Positions 51,296 to 64,000 of a stretch of 64,000 nucleotides of DNA are shown here, in pieces (within the stretch, counting starts at the first letter, position 1; every line of letters starts with the position of its first letter). Made by a program: the position numbers and the translations under genes. Location of the stretch: contig MU058198.1 in NCBI GenBank assembly GCA_013265495.1, forward strand, positions 880,419 through 944,418. Reading direction: 5' to 3'. The stretch is from Vicugna vicugna (Eukaryota). Under the pieces are notes generated by a model that worked only from the letters and a program-made list of their open reading frames with translations, ran no database searches and was not told where the DNA came from.

Positions 51296-51344
51296 CTTTC
51301 TTTCTTTCTTTCCTTTTCTTTCTTTCCTTTTCTTTCTTTCCTTT

Positions 51345-51384
<40 letters not shown>

Positions 51385-51419
51385 TTTTTCTTTCTTTCTT
51401 TCTTTTTTTCTTTCTTTCT

Positions 51420-51463
<44 letters not shown>

Positions 51464-51464
51464 T

Positions 51465-51535
<71 letters not shown>

Positions 51536-51559
51536 CTCTTTCTTTCTCTCTTTCTTTCT
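51296..51559. repeat. Long compound (TTTC)n/(GAAA)n microsatellite, ~260 bp
   Basis: Continuous pure-pyrimidine tract of TTTC units with occasional TTTTC, TTCC and TC variants. Confidence 0.98.
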
Positions 51560-51689
51560 GATATTTGAGTAAAATAATCTCTAATATCCTCTCTAGCATC
51601 CAATGATAGTAAAACAGGAATCTAACCTCTGCTGGTTATTCTGTAATAACATCCTTTATCAAATCACCCTTGATTTTTCACTGCTTTAT

Positions 51690-52112
51690 GCCTCAAGATC
51701 TGGCCCATCTGGACACACCACCTGTACTGTCTTCCTGGCTGACTTCTGTTTGAGCTTGGCCAGTGGAGGCATCAGCCTGATATCAGAGAGAAGGAAGAGA
51801 GAGGTTGAGGGATCCCTCCCTTTCTCTCTGGCATCATCTCTGGCAGTGGTGTGGCACCTGTTTGCAGGAAGGCCTTTCTCCAAAGCACAGCCTCCACTGA
51901 GCTGCAGTAACACTATTTCGTCCTACTACCCCAGGCTTCCTGGGAAGGTAAGGCTTCCTATTATTTCTAGTTCCGGTGTGTCTCAATAGCTCTTTTTGTT
52001 TCCTTTAATCTTTCTCAGACCATTATTTAATAGTCTTTTGGTTAAAGTTTTTTTTTTTAATTGAAAACATCTGAGTGAGATTTGCTTTTCCCCGAACAAG
52101 ACTCTGATTGAT
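51690..52112 (+). mobile_element. Ancient ERVL-type LTR (LTR33-like)
   Basis: ttggccagtggaggcatcagcctgatatcagagag...tttgcttttccccgaacaagactctgattgata resembles the LTR33 family. Confidence 0.45.
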
Positions 52113-53889
52113 ATGTAATCCTTTTGGAAATATATCCAGAGAAGCAGATTCAAAGAACTCCCAAGGAAAACCACTTGTGGAATCAATAGATGTCACTGTG
52201 AAAATTTCTTCTTTGATTTGATCTGGATCCTTCACATCACAGTTTAAGTCTCATTCCATCTTGCCCTAGCTCTAGTGAGGATAAATATCATGTTACTGCC
52301 ATTCACTGGGTACCAAAGCTCCATAGACATGGTAACTCTTCATGCAGAGGGTTGAAGAGATGGCATCTTTCTTTCCCGTAGCCTTGTTTTGCTCCTTTTT
52401 AATCAGAAAAGTTTTCTTTTTCTCCTTCTGACCTGACAGCAACACATTCTCTCAATAAACCCAGGAAATTCACCGTGTCTATTTATCCCACAGAGACAAG
52501 TCTCTCATCCCCCTTATTGTGTCTGGCAAGTACTCAGATTAATTGCACGCCCTCCGCAGAGGCTGAGCCACCACATTTAGCTGAGTGCACTAATAAAAGG
52601 ATTATTATTTAACAGTTCAACCTCCATCAACTCACTTTTATCCTGTCTCCTTTAGTTGGTGAACAAAATTAATGAAGATGCTGTGGCCATGCCTGCCAGC
52701 TTCTATTTGCTATCTTCTTAGCAAATTCTTTGCTTTTATGTACTCCCTCTCAACTTGTAAGTTACTTTCATTCTCCAGATTGATGCAAAGATAGGTCATG
52801 ACAATAGTTTGTGGGTGGCTGTCAGAATTGATGGCGGTTTGTGTGGGAAATGCATAGGTAGTTTGAAAGCTGTGGTTAGGATTCCAGATAGAGTCAACTT
52901 AAAAAAAAAAAAAACAACTACCTCACAGGGAAAGGTCAAATCAAGTGTTTTAATAATGATGCCGTTATAATATATCTCATGCTTGAATGACCTGGGTTTG
53001 AAGAGTTGGAAAAATATGCAATATACCCGGCTCTAAAAAGGGCACCAAAATAATGTCATCTTTTGTGGGGTTGGGAGAGTGGTGGGTCAGAATCTTGTAG
53101 GGAAGGCAATGAGGTAGAGTGGAAAGGATGAAGGGTCAGGTGATTTGGGTTCTACTCTGGACAAAATCATTAACGTCTTTGGGCCGAGCATCTTCACCTG
53201 TAAAATGGGGTACAACTGGAGGCTTCTTTTAGTTCTACTATTAATAATCACCCCGGAGGTGTGTACTGGAATTACGATTAGCCCTATTATATGGAGAGGA
53301 AATTGAGACTTAGAGTCATTGAAAACATTGCCCAAGGCCACACAGTCAGAAAGCGGCAGAGCCTGCAAAGTTATAGCCGACAATAACTCACTCCAGACCT
53401 TGGTTTCCTGACCATGAGAGTTTCTACTTGCCTTGCAGGCAGCTGGAAAAAGTTCACTTTTACAGTATTTTTCTACATAAGAACAGTGTTTCAGAGATCT
53501 TCAAGGGCTCGTTCAAAGCCACATATCTAGTAAATGGTGGACCCGGGACATGAACCCGGGGTTGTCTAACTTCAGAGTCTAGGCTCTTAGCCATTATGCT
53601 AGATTTCTGCCTATGATGACAGCCACCACTGTCTCGAAGGTGGTCTAGAGAATGTCTAGAGAATGCGATCAGAAGAGAATTCAGATTTATACCCAGTAAG
53701 CTACATAATTTAGGATTAAAGGAAGCAGAGTTCAGGTGTCTTAAATTCTGAAATATACCTGGCTCACCAGGGGGTAGGTGGGACTCAGGTCTTATTCCAG
53801 CACCAGCACAAAGCATAAGAAAGATGTGCATTTAAAGATTTTAATCAGAGTTCTGCCATTGTGTGAGCATATATGCAACTACCAAACAC

Positions 53890-56800
53890 CAAGTGTGCAC
53901 CATATTAGAATTTATTATAATACAAACAAGTCCAAACACAATAGAACATTGAATTAAGAAAATATGAACATTTACTATTTTTCTACTGTAACATTCTATT
54001 CCATTCTTTGAACCGGAATAGCTAACATTAGAGTCTCTTATTCACTTCAGATCGGCCCCCCAGGTTGGACCAGTAGGCACCAACTGTGCAAAGTAACCTT
54101 TTCCAATTGCCGAGTGTTTGCAAAATGAAACTTCATGCCTTCTCATGGTAGGTCTTTTATGGTTTGTCTGCCATCCCCCTCATCTCCTTCCCATGAGACA
54201 GTTCATTTCTTGGTTGTTCAATAAAAATACACAGTGTGTACGTGTGTGGCATCACTGCATGTCCAACTAAGGACACAGATCATACACAAGAGGGATGCTA
54301 GTTAACAGTCTTTCAAAGGGGCATCACAAAAACCTGATATAAGGCAATTGCTTAAGTGCCATCAACAGCAGCTGTTTACATGACAGGCTTCAAAATTCAA
54401 GGCTTTATTTCCGAAATTGACCTGAAAGAAACGGCTTAAAAGTTTGCTTCTAATTCTTGTCCACAATGATTACTATAAATAATAATAAATTAAAAGTCCT
54501 TAGATTATCTGAAATAAAGTTTAGGAGATATGTATTAACCTAAGCCAAAGGGCATTTGTATGCGTTTTAATCAGAAGACAACACCTCGCTGGATTGTCTT
54601 CAAGAATGGAACCTCTTTTAAATATTACGTTTTTCAAAATACAAAATACAGTCAGAAGGAAAAGAGATCGCAATACTACTTGGTACAGCCTCTATTGTTA
54701 AGAGAAGTAATAAATGAGTGTATGAGGAAAACATTCCAAATGTACACCCAGTTTTTACTTTTTAAACGTCAGTAATTAATTTTTACATACAACTAAAAAC
54801 GTGGAGCAGAAAGCATTGAGATTGACATATATAGTTTCCATCTTACGTACATTCTCAAAAAGGAATTGCTTCATCTTTACAAATATTGCACTGTGACTCA
54901 TTCTCAGATAGCTCAAACTAGCATTTTTTTTCAGAGCTATGCGTTTAAAAAAATAAATATATATTTATATATATTAGGTGTAGGTAGCCTTTGGTTAATG
55001 TTTATTCACAAGGGGGTGTGATGGAATTGCGTCATACGCACATTTGATGAACATGTATCGACTACACGTGCTTGGCAAAAAAGAAAGAGAGAAATGCAAT
55101 TTAAGGGACGTGGGGAAGTCTGCCCACCATTTCACTCAATGCTCATGCGTCCTGGGGAGAGAGTGACCTGGGAGATATGAATCTGCTCGTCCCTCAGTCA
55201 GACAACTTTCATGAGCCTCCTCTAATGGGAGTGTTTGGCGACACCAGTGTGATCCTAATGTTCTGAGATACTTTAGTGTCATACAATATGGTCCCTAAAT
55301 GCAAGCCAACTCTGTCTTGTCCTCCACTGAAGAAATAGCAACCTTTTCCAATGCCGGAGGAAAATTTAGCTGAGTTAGATTTTTTAAGGGGTAGAATATG
55401 ATATGATCTCCAATACGGCTCCTTCCTGAGAACTTTGCGGAGGTCAACTGGGCTCTGCCAGTCTTTCGCCATTTACACTGTGGGACTAATCTTTGGGTAA
55501 GATGAGACTCTACTGCAGTCATTTAAAAGGAGGAGGAACTAGGATCATCAGGACAAACATGACCTAAAGTTATATTGAACGAGTACTGACAGCATTGGGC
55601 TGAAGTTTAGGGATTGTGGGGCATCAGGGCATTTTTTTTACCCCATTATTTATTGCAAATTCCCTTAAAAATGGTGGATGTCTTCCGAATTCAGGGACAG
55701 AAGTGCAGTAAAAATCCAGCCTAAGGAACCAAGTGTTCCAGGTAGACTGTCAGTTTTTTGTTGGATCACCAAAAATATCATACCGTTCTAAAATCATTTT
55801 GGAAGACTTCTTCCAGAATAGGGACAACTTCAAATACTGGGAATCTGGAAGAGAAGTTTTTTTTTTTTTAATTTTTTTTAAAAACAAGATCAAATGAGAA
55901 AAATTCCAGCATGGTTTTCCTTTTAAAATACATCACTGGTACATAGGAGCCTAATAATAAAATCAAGTCTGTGTATGCGTGTGTGTGTGTGTGCACGTAA
56001 GTGGTAATTCCCAGGAAAGCCTCTATTAACTACATCCTAGAACTGTTCTTGCCTTGGACAGTCAAGGGGAGAATAAATAAATGAATTCATATTATCTTTT
56101 TGCAAAGGATCTGGATTAAATAGAATCACGGGAAACTGGTATCACCCTTTGGAGCCATTTGCATCAAAGGGCAGACACGCAGACCACACGGGCACCTTTT
56201 CCATGCCAGCTGTGTCTGCATTTGTGGCTTAATGACAACGCCAAGCTGGACCTTGGGGCAGAGCTGAGATCGCCTCCTTTCACACTGGAGAGCTACAGTT
56301 CCCGACCCTCGAAAATTAAATCCAGTCTGGAAGTCACTTCAAACGAGACAATTTGGTGAGGGCTTCAGCGAGCAAAGAGGAAGGATTGGCAGCTCTACAT
56401 GTAAAAGGCTTCTCCAGGAAGCCCAACTGGCACCACAATAAGAAGCTGTTTTGGGTAGAGAGATCGTACACAGCTGACACAGGGATGGTCAAAATGATGG
56501 CAAGAGTTGGCTTATTTTTTTGTTTTTCTGGGCTCAAGAAATCCTCCTTTCCCCCCAACACAGGCAGGGTCTTTGTTTTGGAGGAGATAGATAAAATCTA
56601 CACATAATAATGAATAGAAAGACTGCATCTTAGCCCCCAGGTCTGAGGGTCATGGTTACGTTGGTTTGGAGCCTTTCCACAGAAGCTCTGGCCTGTCCCC
56701 ACAATGTCATTCTGCAGAAAGGGGTGCCAGGGCAGCTTCAAGACCAAAATCCTCCCTAGAGCAAAGGGCACCTTGGAAAATTCCCTAATTGGTCAGCATT

Positions 56801-57259
56801 GTTAGCTGCTGGGAATGGCACAGGGAAACGATGGATGAGCTTAGCTCTTGGAAGAAGAGTGTGGGCTCAGCTACGTGCTACTGTGGCTTGGTGTGTCACA
56901 TAAATGAGCAGTTCCCAGTGACTGTGGATGGTGCCTAGGCTAAGTCATACACTATTTCTCTACCATGTGTCCTTACAGGCCACAGGATAATGACACAACC
57001 TCCAATGGCATCTTCAGACTGGTCGGAACTTTTGCTGTCAATGTGTTTTGGTGAAAATAAATGCAGAAATGACAACAAGATTCATGCTTTTCTTTCTTCT
57101 CTTCCATCTTCTCTCATCCACCAGTCTGAGGGTTACTCAGTATGCAGAGACAGGAAATCAGGTTAGCACTCTTCAAGGAGAGCTGTTCAGCCATGGGATG
57201 GGCCACATTCCCATCTGGAAATGGATTACACAGAGGCACGAGGTGCCAAACCTATGGGG
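53890..57259 (-). other. GPR139: Putative long 3' UTR of GPR139
   Basis: About 3.4 kb directly after the stop codon, essentially free of interspersed repeats and AT-rich. Minus-strand AATAAA at 55649-55654, 55001-55006, 54404-54409 and 53911-53916. Repeats resume just beyond ~53800. Confidence 0.7.
53911..53916 (-). terminator. Likely distal polyadenylation signal of GPR139
   Basis: AATAAA on the minus strand, followed ~20 nt downstream by a GU-rich tract (cttggtgtttggtagttg), at the edge of the repeat-free block. Confidence 0.55.
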
Positions 57260-58246
<987 letters not shown>

Positions 58247-60479
58247 CTACCAGGGGGCCCGAGACCTGGTGTAATGGGCATGCCCATGGAAATCATAGGG
58301 ACTGAACCAATGCTTTTGAGGGCCAGTCTCTGCACTGTATACAAATTGCACCTCATACAACCATCTGGATACTAACTGACATACTATTTGATGTTCGTAT
58401 TGTAGCTCATTTGTCCCTCACACAGTCAGGACAGGGCGGCTGCTACTGTCCTCACTTTCAGAAATGAAACTGGGGTTCAGAGAACTTAAGGAACTCACTT
58501 AGAGCCACACAGTTAGTAATTCATGGTGACAGGGGCCAAACCCGGATCCCTTAATCTCCAGTTTGGCTGCCAGGAGGATAGGGGGCTGGGACGGCATCTC
58601 CCGCTTCATGTGCTCAGGCAGAATACTGAACTATACGACCTCTTAAGAACCTTTAGAACTTGGAGTTTAAGACCTTTCCTTTTAAAGTGGATTTAGAATT
58701 GAAGGAGTAGAGAAGACCGTGACCTTTAGATTAATTTAAAAATAAATTATATTTATTTGTAGAATAAGTAATCTACACACATGGTACATAATTCAAGTTA
58801 GTAGCAGAGAAAAGTAAAATCTCCTTCCACTTTTCTTCTCCAAACATCCAAGTACCCCTCCCTCAGGGCAATCATAGTTAATAAATAATCTGCGCTTATA
58901 TATGTCTGTATAATATGTGTGTATATAGCTTTTACATAAATAGTAGCAAATATTATTTTTCTTGGGGTCAGAACTGCTTTGAAATGCATCCGTATCATTT
59001 CCGATCAGTTTGAAAAACAAACATCTCGTTGAATAAGATACATCTGGAAAGTCATTTAGGAACTCACTCTCAAGTGACAGCCCCATGGATAACATTTGGA
59101 AGCTCATTCTGCACACTTATTCTCATTAATTCTCACAATCAACCCTGAAATTTGGACATTATCAATCCCCTTTTGCAAACGAAGGTGGCAGGGAACTCAT
59201 GTCCCTTTCTGAAGCTCGGTGGCAGGGCTGGAATCAAATGCTCTTTTGCTTGTGCACTTCTTAACATGTAATGCAGTAGTCTTGTGAGAAACACACCCCC
59301 AGTGTATTCATCACTGAACTTAAACAAATTTTAATATTTTGCCACATTTGCTTTCCTTTTTATTTAGGAAAGAAAAAAGACACTGTAGACACAGCTGAAG
59401 TCCTCTTTGGAATTGCTCCAGCCCTAACAAACTTACTGTAATTTATTTATTCTCTCTATATAGATATATTTATACACATACACACATAGATGTCTGTATA
59501 ACTTATGTATAGACATCTATATGTGTATACATGTGTCTATATACAACAAACTTAAACTGGTTTTAGGGTTTTGCTGTTGTAAGCTGCTACAGTTAATACC
59601 TTGATATGACTCTTTATGAGAAGCAGCTACACGTGAGAGTTTCTCTCAGGTAGTACATGTGTAGAAATGTGTTTACAGTCTGTGCATCTTCACCTTTCCC
59701 AGATATTGCTGAATTGCCATGTAAAGTGGTTTTACTAATCTTCACCATCAGCAGCAGAGGATGAGAACCCTAGTTGCTCCGTAACGTCTCAGTGCTTGGA
59801 ACTATCAGTTTTTTAAGTTGATGGTGTCCTTGTTCTTGCTCAAAGGACGTTGAAATAACACTTTGAAGATACAAAAATGTACAAAAGAATTTCAGAAAGT
59901 GATGCAATACAGAAAAAAACCAAGGGATGAGACAAATTGATGGAGGGGGTTCTTTTTTCAGACTGGAGATTTGAATTCAGTTAATAATGAAGAGAGGGGA
60001 TCTGCCTTAAAAAGATCCATGAGGAAAGAATTCTAGGCAGGGGGAATGGCAAGTGCAAAGGCCCTGAGGTGGGAATGAGCTTGGAATTCGTGGAAGTGAA
60101 AGAAGGCCTCTTTTCAGTCCTATTATCGTCCTTATTTTACAGGTGAAGAGACTGAGGCTTGGATTTTTAGGTTATCTGCCCAAAGTCACAAACTGAGTAA
60201 GTGGCAAGCCGAAGGTAACTCTAGCTCTGTCTGACTTTATGGTACGTCAAGTTCTGCTTTCTTTGTTTTGGGGCATAGAGAAGGCTCTTCAGCTGGAGGA
60301 AAGTGATTCCTGTTCCTAGGTTGCCCTTGACTTACAAAAGTGCCATCATTTCTCAGAACCTCTTTTTCTCCCATTCATTAAACAATGCCCACACTGTCTC
60401 ATGTCCATGCTCTGCTTCCAAACCTATAAGGGGGCAGGAATGAATAAATGCTAGGATCTCCCCACAAAAATAAGATATA

Positions 60480-60632
60480 CAGCCATCCCTCAGTATTCAT
60501 AGGGTATTGGTTCCAGGACCGACCTGTGATACCAAAATCCAAGGATGCTCAAGTTCCTTATACGAAATGGTGGAGTGAAGACGACCCTCTGCCCCCATGG
60601 GTTCCACATCCATGGATACAGAGGGCTGACTG
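60480..60632. mobile_element. MER2-like Tigger MITE
   Basis: TA flanks, termini CAGCCATCCCTC...GAGGGCTGACTG, internal ggttccaggacc...accaaaatccaaggatgctcaagttcctta. Confidence 0.85.
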
Positions 60633-61739
60633 TATATATTCTGCAGACAATGACTCTTCGCCACCATCTCTTACTTCCTCATTGAACCCTGTTTTTCATG
60701 TGGTGCTAAAATTTTTCCATATCCAAACTGTTTATCAGGCAAAGCATCAACTCCAGATGAAACTGCCAGGTAATCATATCTGACATTTCTTTAAGTTTCA
60801 AGTAATTGACTCTCTTGAGAAACTAACCCGCAGACACTGAGTTTCCCATTTCTTGCTTGCAGGTAGATTTGCCCCCAAGGCAAAATCAAGAACACTTAGG
60901 ACATCCTTTGGATGAGAGAGATGTGTGAGCCATAGAGACCCAGAGGGGAACAGAACAATGCTTGTGTATTGATTTTCTGAGAAAGAAATGGGAAGGTAGA
61001 ATTTGTGACTCTTAAGGTTTGACATTTGCTGTAATTCCCCACATGGAAAAATCGTTTCATTTCCACCGTGGCAGTTTTTTCCCCGAAGAAAAGGAGTGGT
61101 GTTGACAGGGTCCATGTGTATTTATAAAGGGTTAATAAGCAAAGGAACCCGAGTCATCACTGTCTGAAATTCCATTTCTCAGCTTTTTTTTTTTTCTCAA
61201 ACTAACTGCCCCACACATCTGTTGTTGTGGAAACCCAACCAATCCCATCCAAGCAAGTCCCCATGAACTTCACAGTCAAAATGTCATCGCTTCTAAAAAG
61301 CAAATCCTTTCTGTCAGTGGTGTCGTTGGACAGGTTTGAGCTCCTGGGTGGTAAATACAAAGCCCGTGTTCTGTGATGGCAAAGCTTCTTGGTTATATTC
61401 TTGGGGGGAATTCGTTTTCTCTGCTTTGCAGCTTTCTGTGCTCAAACTTGAGAGCATTTGGGGAGTGGGTGAATGAACACGACAGGCTGGGCTGGCAGAG
61501 CCCAGCACTGAACGGCCTACTGGTGCAGAGGGAAAGGATCAAGATCTTCCAAAGGTATTTCTGTGCCCGTGAGGACAAAAAGATCCCTGTGGATTCCTTG
61601 GAAGAGCCTTGATTGGGAGTTCTGAATTAATATTTCTTAAGTCTAGTACATTTTTTTTGTCTTTGAAAATTATTTTTAATTACAAAAATGAAATATACTT
61701 GTGAAAATTAAACATATCAGTGCATAATAATGTCATTAT

Positions 61740-61955
61740 CAGCTCACTTTTATTGAGTATTTACTTCCAAGCATTTTATTCACAATACCTCACTTAATCT
61801 TTACAAACATCCTATGAGGTTTGGAATTATTATCTGAGAGCATTGAGGCTCAGAGAGTTTAAGTAACCTACCTGAGGTCACACAGTAAGCGAGTGGTGAG
61901 CCAGGACATTAAACCAGGCTTTTTGACTCTTGAGTTTATACATTTAACTATTATA
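61740..61955 (-). mobile_element. MIR SINE
   Basis: tttattgagtattt...cttaatctttacaaacatcctatgagg...tgaggctcagagagtttaagtaacct...aggtcacacag. Confidence 0.85.
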
Positions 61956-62004
61956 TTAGACAGTGGAAAGTGAAAGTTTGCCCCAATCACATTTTCTACA
62001 GATA

Positions 62005-62420
62005 TCGTGGTATCTAGTCTCTTAGATGGACCTCAGTGAATCACATCTCCTGGTATTCATGCCCTGGTGCAGTCTCCTCCCCTTGAGCTGGTCTTGTGAC
62101 TTACTTTTGACCAGTAGACTATTTGGGGAGTGCCACTGCATAGCCAGGTTTCAAGTGGGCCTTTTGAAGACTTGCTTTGGATGCTCCATCTTGGAACTCA
62201 GCTGTGAGAAGGCCAAGCCACATGGAGGGGCCTTGTGTAGGGAGTCTGGTTAAAAGCCCCAGGTGAGCTCATAGCTGACATCCAATGTCACCTGGCAGCC
62301 ATGGGAGTGGGCCCTCCTGGAACCCCACCTGCCTCCTGGCTGTAACTGCATGAGAGACCCTGAGCAAGAACAATCTATCAGCCCAAGAACCATGATAAAT
62401 AATCATAAGAGATTTGTTAA
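62005..62420 (+). mobile_element. MaLR LTR (MLT1F/H-like)
   Basis: ctcctggtattcatgccctggtgcagtctcctcccc...gtgagaaggccaagccacatggag...ctgcatgagagaccctgagcaagaac. Confidence 0.75.
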
Positions 62421-63420
62421 CCATTTGGTGTTTATATCTCGAGGATATTTCTATGCCTACAATTATAAATAATTAGCAACAATAATTATCATCACAAAAG
62501 GAGATCATGCAATAATACGGTTGTGCCCACTGACGTTTTTAAATTAGAAATAAATCATGGATTTTTTTCCTCTGTCAATAATGTTCATGAAATATTCACT
62601 AATGGCTGGACATCACTTATTTTATTTTGCTTTATGGAATTATTTTGGCCACTACAGAGCTTCATTAAAAATCTTTGCATATTTCTGTAGAGTAAGTTCC
62701 CAAAAGTAGAAAGGCTAGTTTAAAGGGTAACATGCATTTTTCTCTTCATCTGTCTCTTTTCCTTCCCTCCCTCCTTTCTTCCTAAAGGCAGCTCAAAGGA
62801 TTTGTAAGAAGGAAAAGTGCTCAAGTTGGAACTATAAAAGGATTGGGGTTAGACATCAAGAAGAACTTTCTGATTGCAATGGCAGTTCTATGGGCAAGAG
62901 CAGGCCACTGGCACCACAGTTGCTTGGTTCATGCAGGTCTTCAGAAAAGAACAGAGTTATATATCTGGGCTGATTAAATTCCTGGGGTTACCTGCTGCAA
63001 ATCCGCTTTCTCTGCATCCTCAATTACGTTCTTGTGAATTTCTAAAATGAGAGTCATTCACCCATTTCAGTCACCATCCCCTGTGACTTAAATGCATCCC
63101 TTCCCCTTCAAGGTGCCTATCTTTTGCACTATAAAAGTCAACCCTCGTGACCTACAGACATGAGGACCCCTGGCATTGTGCACAATTGCAGTGGTGTTAT
63201 TTATGCTGCTGCTGGAAGGTGCTTCAAGGACAGGTATCTAGGAAAAGCAATTTCTAAGCCTCCCAGGCAAGAAGTCAGCACTGCCCTTGTTTAGATCAGC
63301 TGGGGAGTGGGGACTGAATTGTGTGATGGGGCCTTGCCTCCTATGGGCTGTCACCTCCCTTACTCTCCCTGCTCCACTCCGAATCTCGAAGGGGAGGAAG
63401 GGGAAATAAAAAGATGATGC

Positions 63421-64000
63421 TGGCTCTGGAGCACCAAGCCACTGCTGCGGCCCCCCAGTTCCCCACAGCGGGGAGGGTACCAGGTTGCTGTATCCGGAAA
63501 GGCCTGAAGGGAAAGGAGGCATCTCTTCCAGGGCAATAGCTGCACCCACGATGCAGAACATCAGGTGTGTGGTAGTGGGCGATCGGGCCATCTGCTGTGC
63601 AACTAATGCCTCCCCTAAGGAGCACATCCCCACAATGTTCCAAGATTACAGCGCTCGGAGCAGTAGACGGGCACACGGTTAGCCTGAATCTGTGGGACAG
63701 AGCGGGCTGGGAGGAGTACGACCGACTGGAACACTCTCTCACCCTCAGACCAACGTCTTTGTCATGTTTCTCTATTGCCAGAGAGTGTACGGCCCAAGTG
63801 GCATCCAGAGGTGCGCCGCTGCTGCCCCGACCTGCCCATCCTCCGACGGGCACCAAGGAGGAGCTCAGAGCCCAGTCTGATACCCAGCGTACCTCAAGGA
63901 GCGAGGCCAGGTGCTGGCCAAGCCATGCCCACTGTGCCCCACCTCTAGTGCTCAGCCCTGCAGGGCATGAAGTCAAAGAAGAGTTTGCTGAGGGTGTCTT
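63421..64000 (+). pseudogene. RHOG: Processed pseudogene of RhoG small GTPase, truncated by the window edge
   Basis: From ATG 63551, across frameshifts: [36 protein letters not shown] / [23 protein letters not shown] / TLSHPQTNVFV / KWHPEVRRCCPDLPIL / GTKEELRAQSDT / LKERGQ / CSAL / EEFAEGV. Motifs such as PKE, QTNVFV, WHPEV, LRAQxDT and FAE match RhoG rather than Rac1 or Cdc42. The P-loop VGKTCLL is deleted, there are several frameshifts and a stop at 63680-63682. The leader ...gctgcacccacgATG resembles the RHOG 5' UTR. Confidence 0.92.

Noticed and set aside
51201..51603. K/E/R-rich and F/L/S-rich ORFs
   Set aside because: Translations of the (TTTC)n microsatellite.
63551..63682. Functional RAC/RHO GTPase gene
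   Set aside because: P-loop deleted, frameshift and stop after 43 codons; it cannot encode a GTPase.
63341..63976. 211-aa minus-strand ORF
   Set aside because: Antisense read-through of the RHOG pseudogene; not GPR139 exon 1 and no recognisable protein.

Overview
Mammalian genomic DNA, most likely a camelid (alpaca/llama/camel). The lineage call is inferred from four Vic-1-type tRNA-derived SINEs and camelid-style L1 3' ends. The only clearly supported protein-coding sequence is the terminal coding exon of the brain class A GPCR gene GPR139 (minus strand, 57260-58194). It is followed by an apparently ~3.4 kb repeat-free 3' UTR; exon 1 lies beyond the right edge. A decayed processed pseudogene of RHOG sits inside the GPR139 intron, antisense to it (~63421 to the window end). 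The first ~53 kb is intergenic DNA downstream of GPR139 (toward GPRC5B by recalled human synteny). It is dense in MIR, L2, L1, MaLR/ERV LTRs and hAT/Tigger fossils, with a few repeat-free, motif-rich blocks that look like enhancers. The best regulatory signal is a near-consensus REST/NRSF RE1 element at 49893-49913. I found no CRISPR array, intact RNA gene or prokaryotic-type system, and no evidence for a wholly new biological system. Repeat subfamily names and comparisons with human sequences are from memory, and most repeat boundaries are approximate unless target-site duplications (TSDs) are cited.
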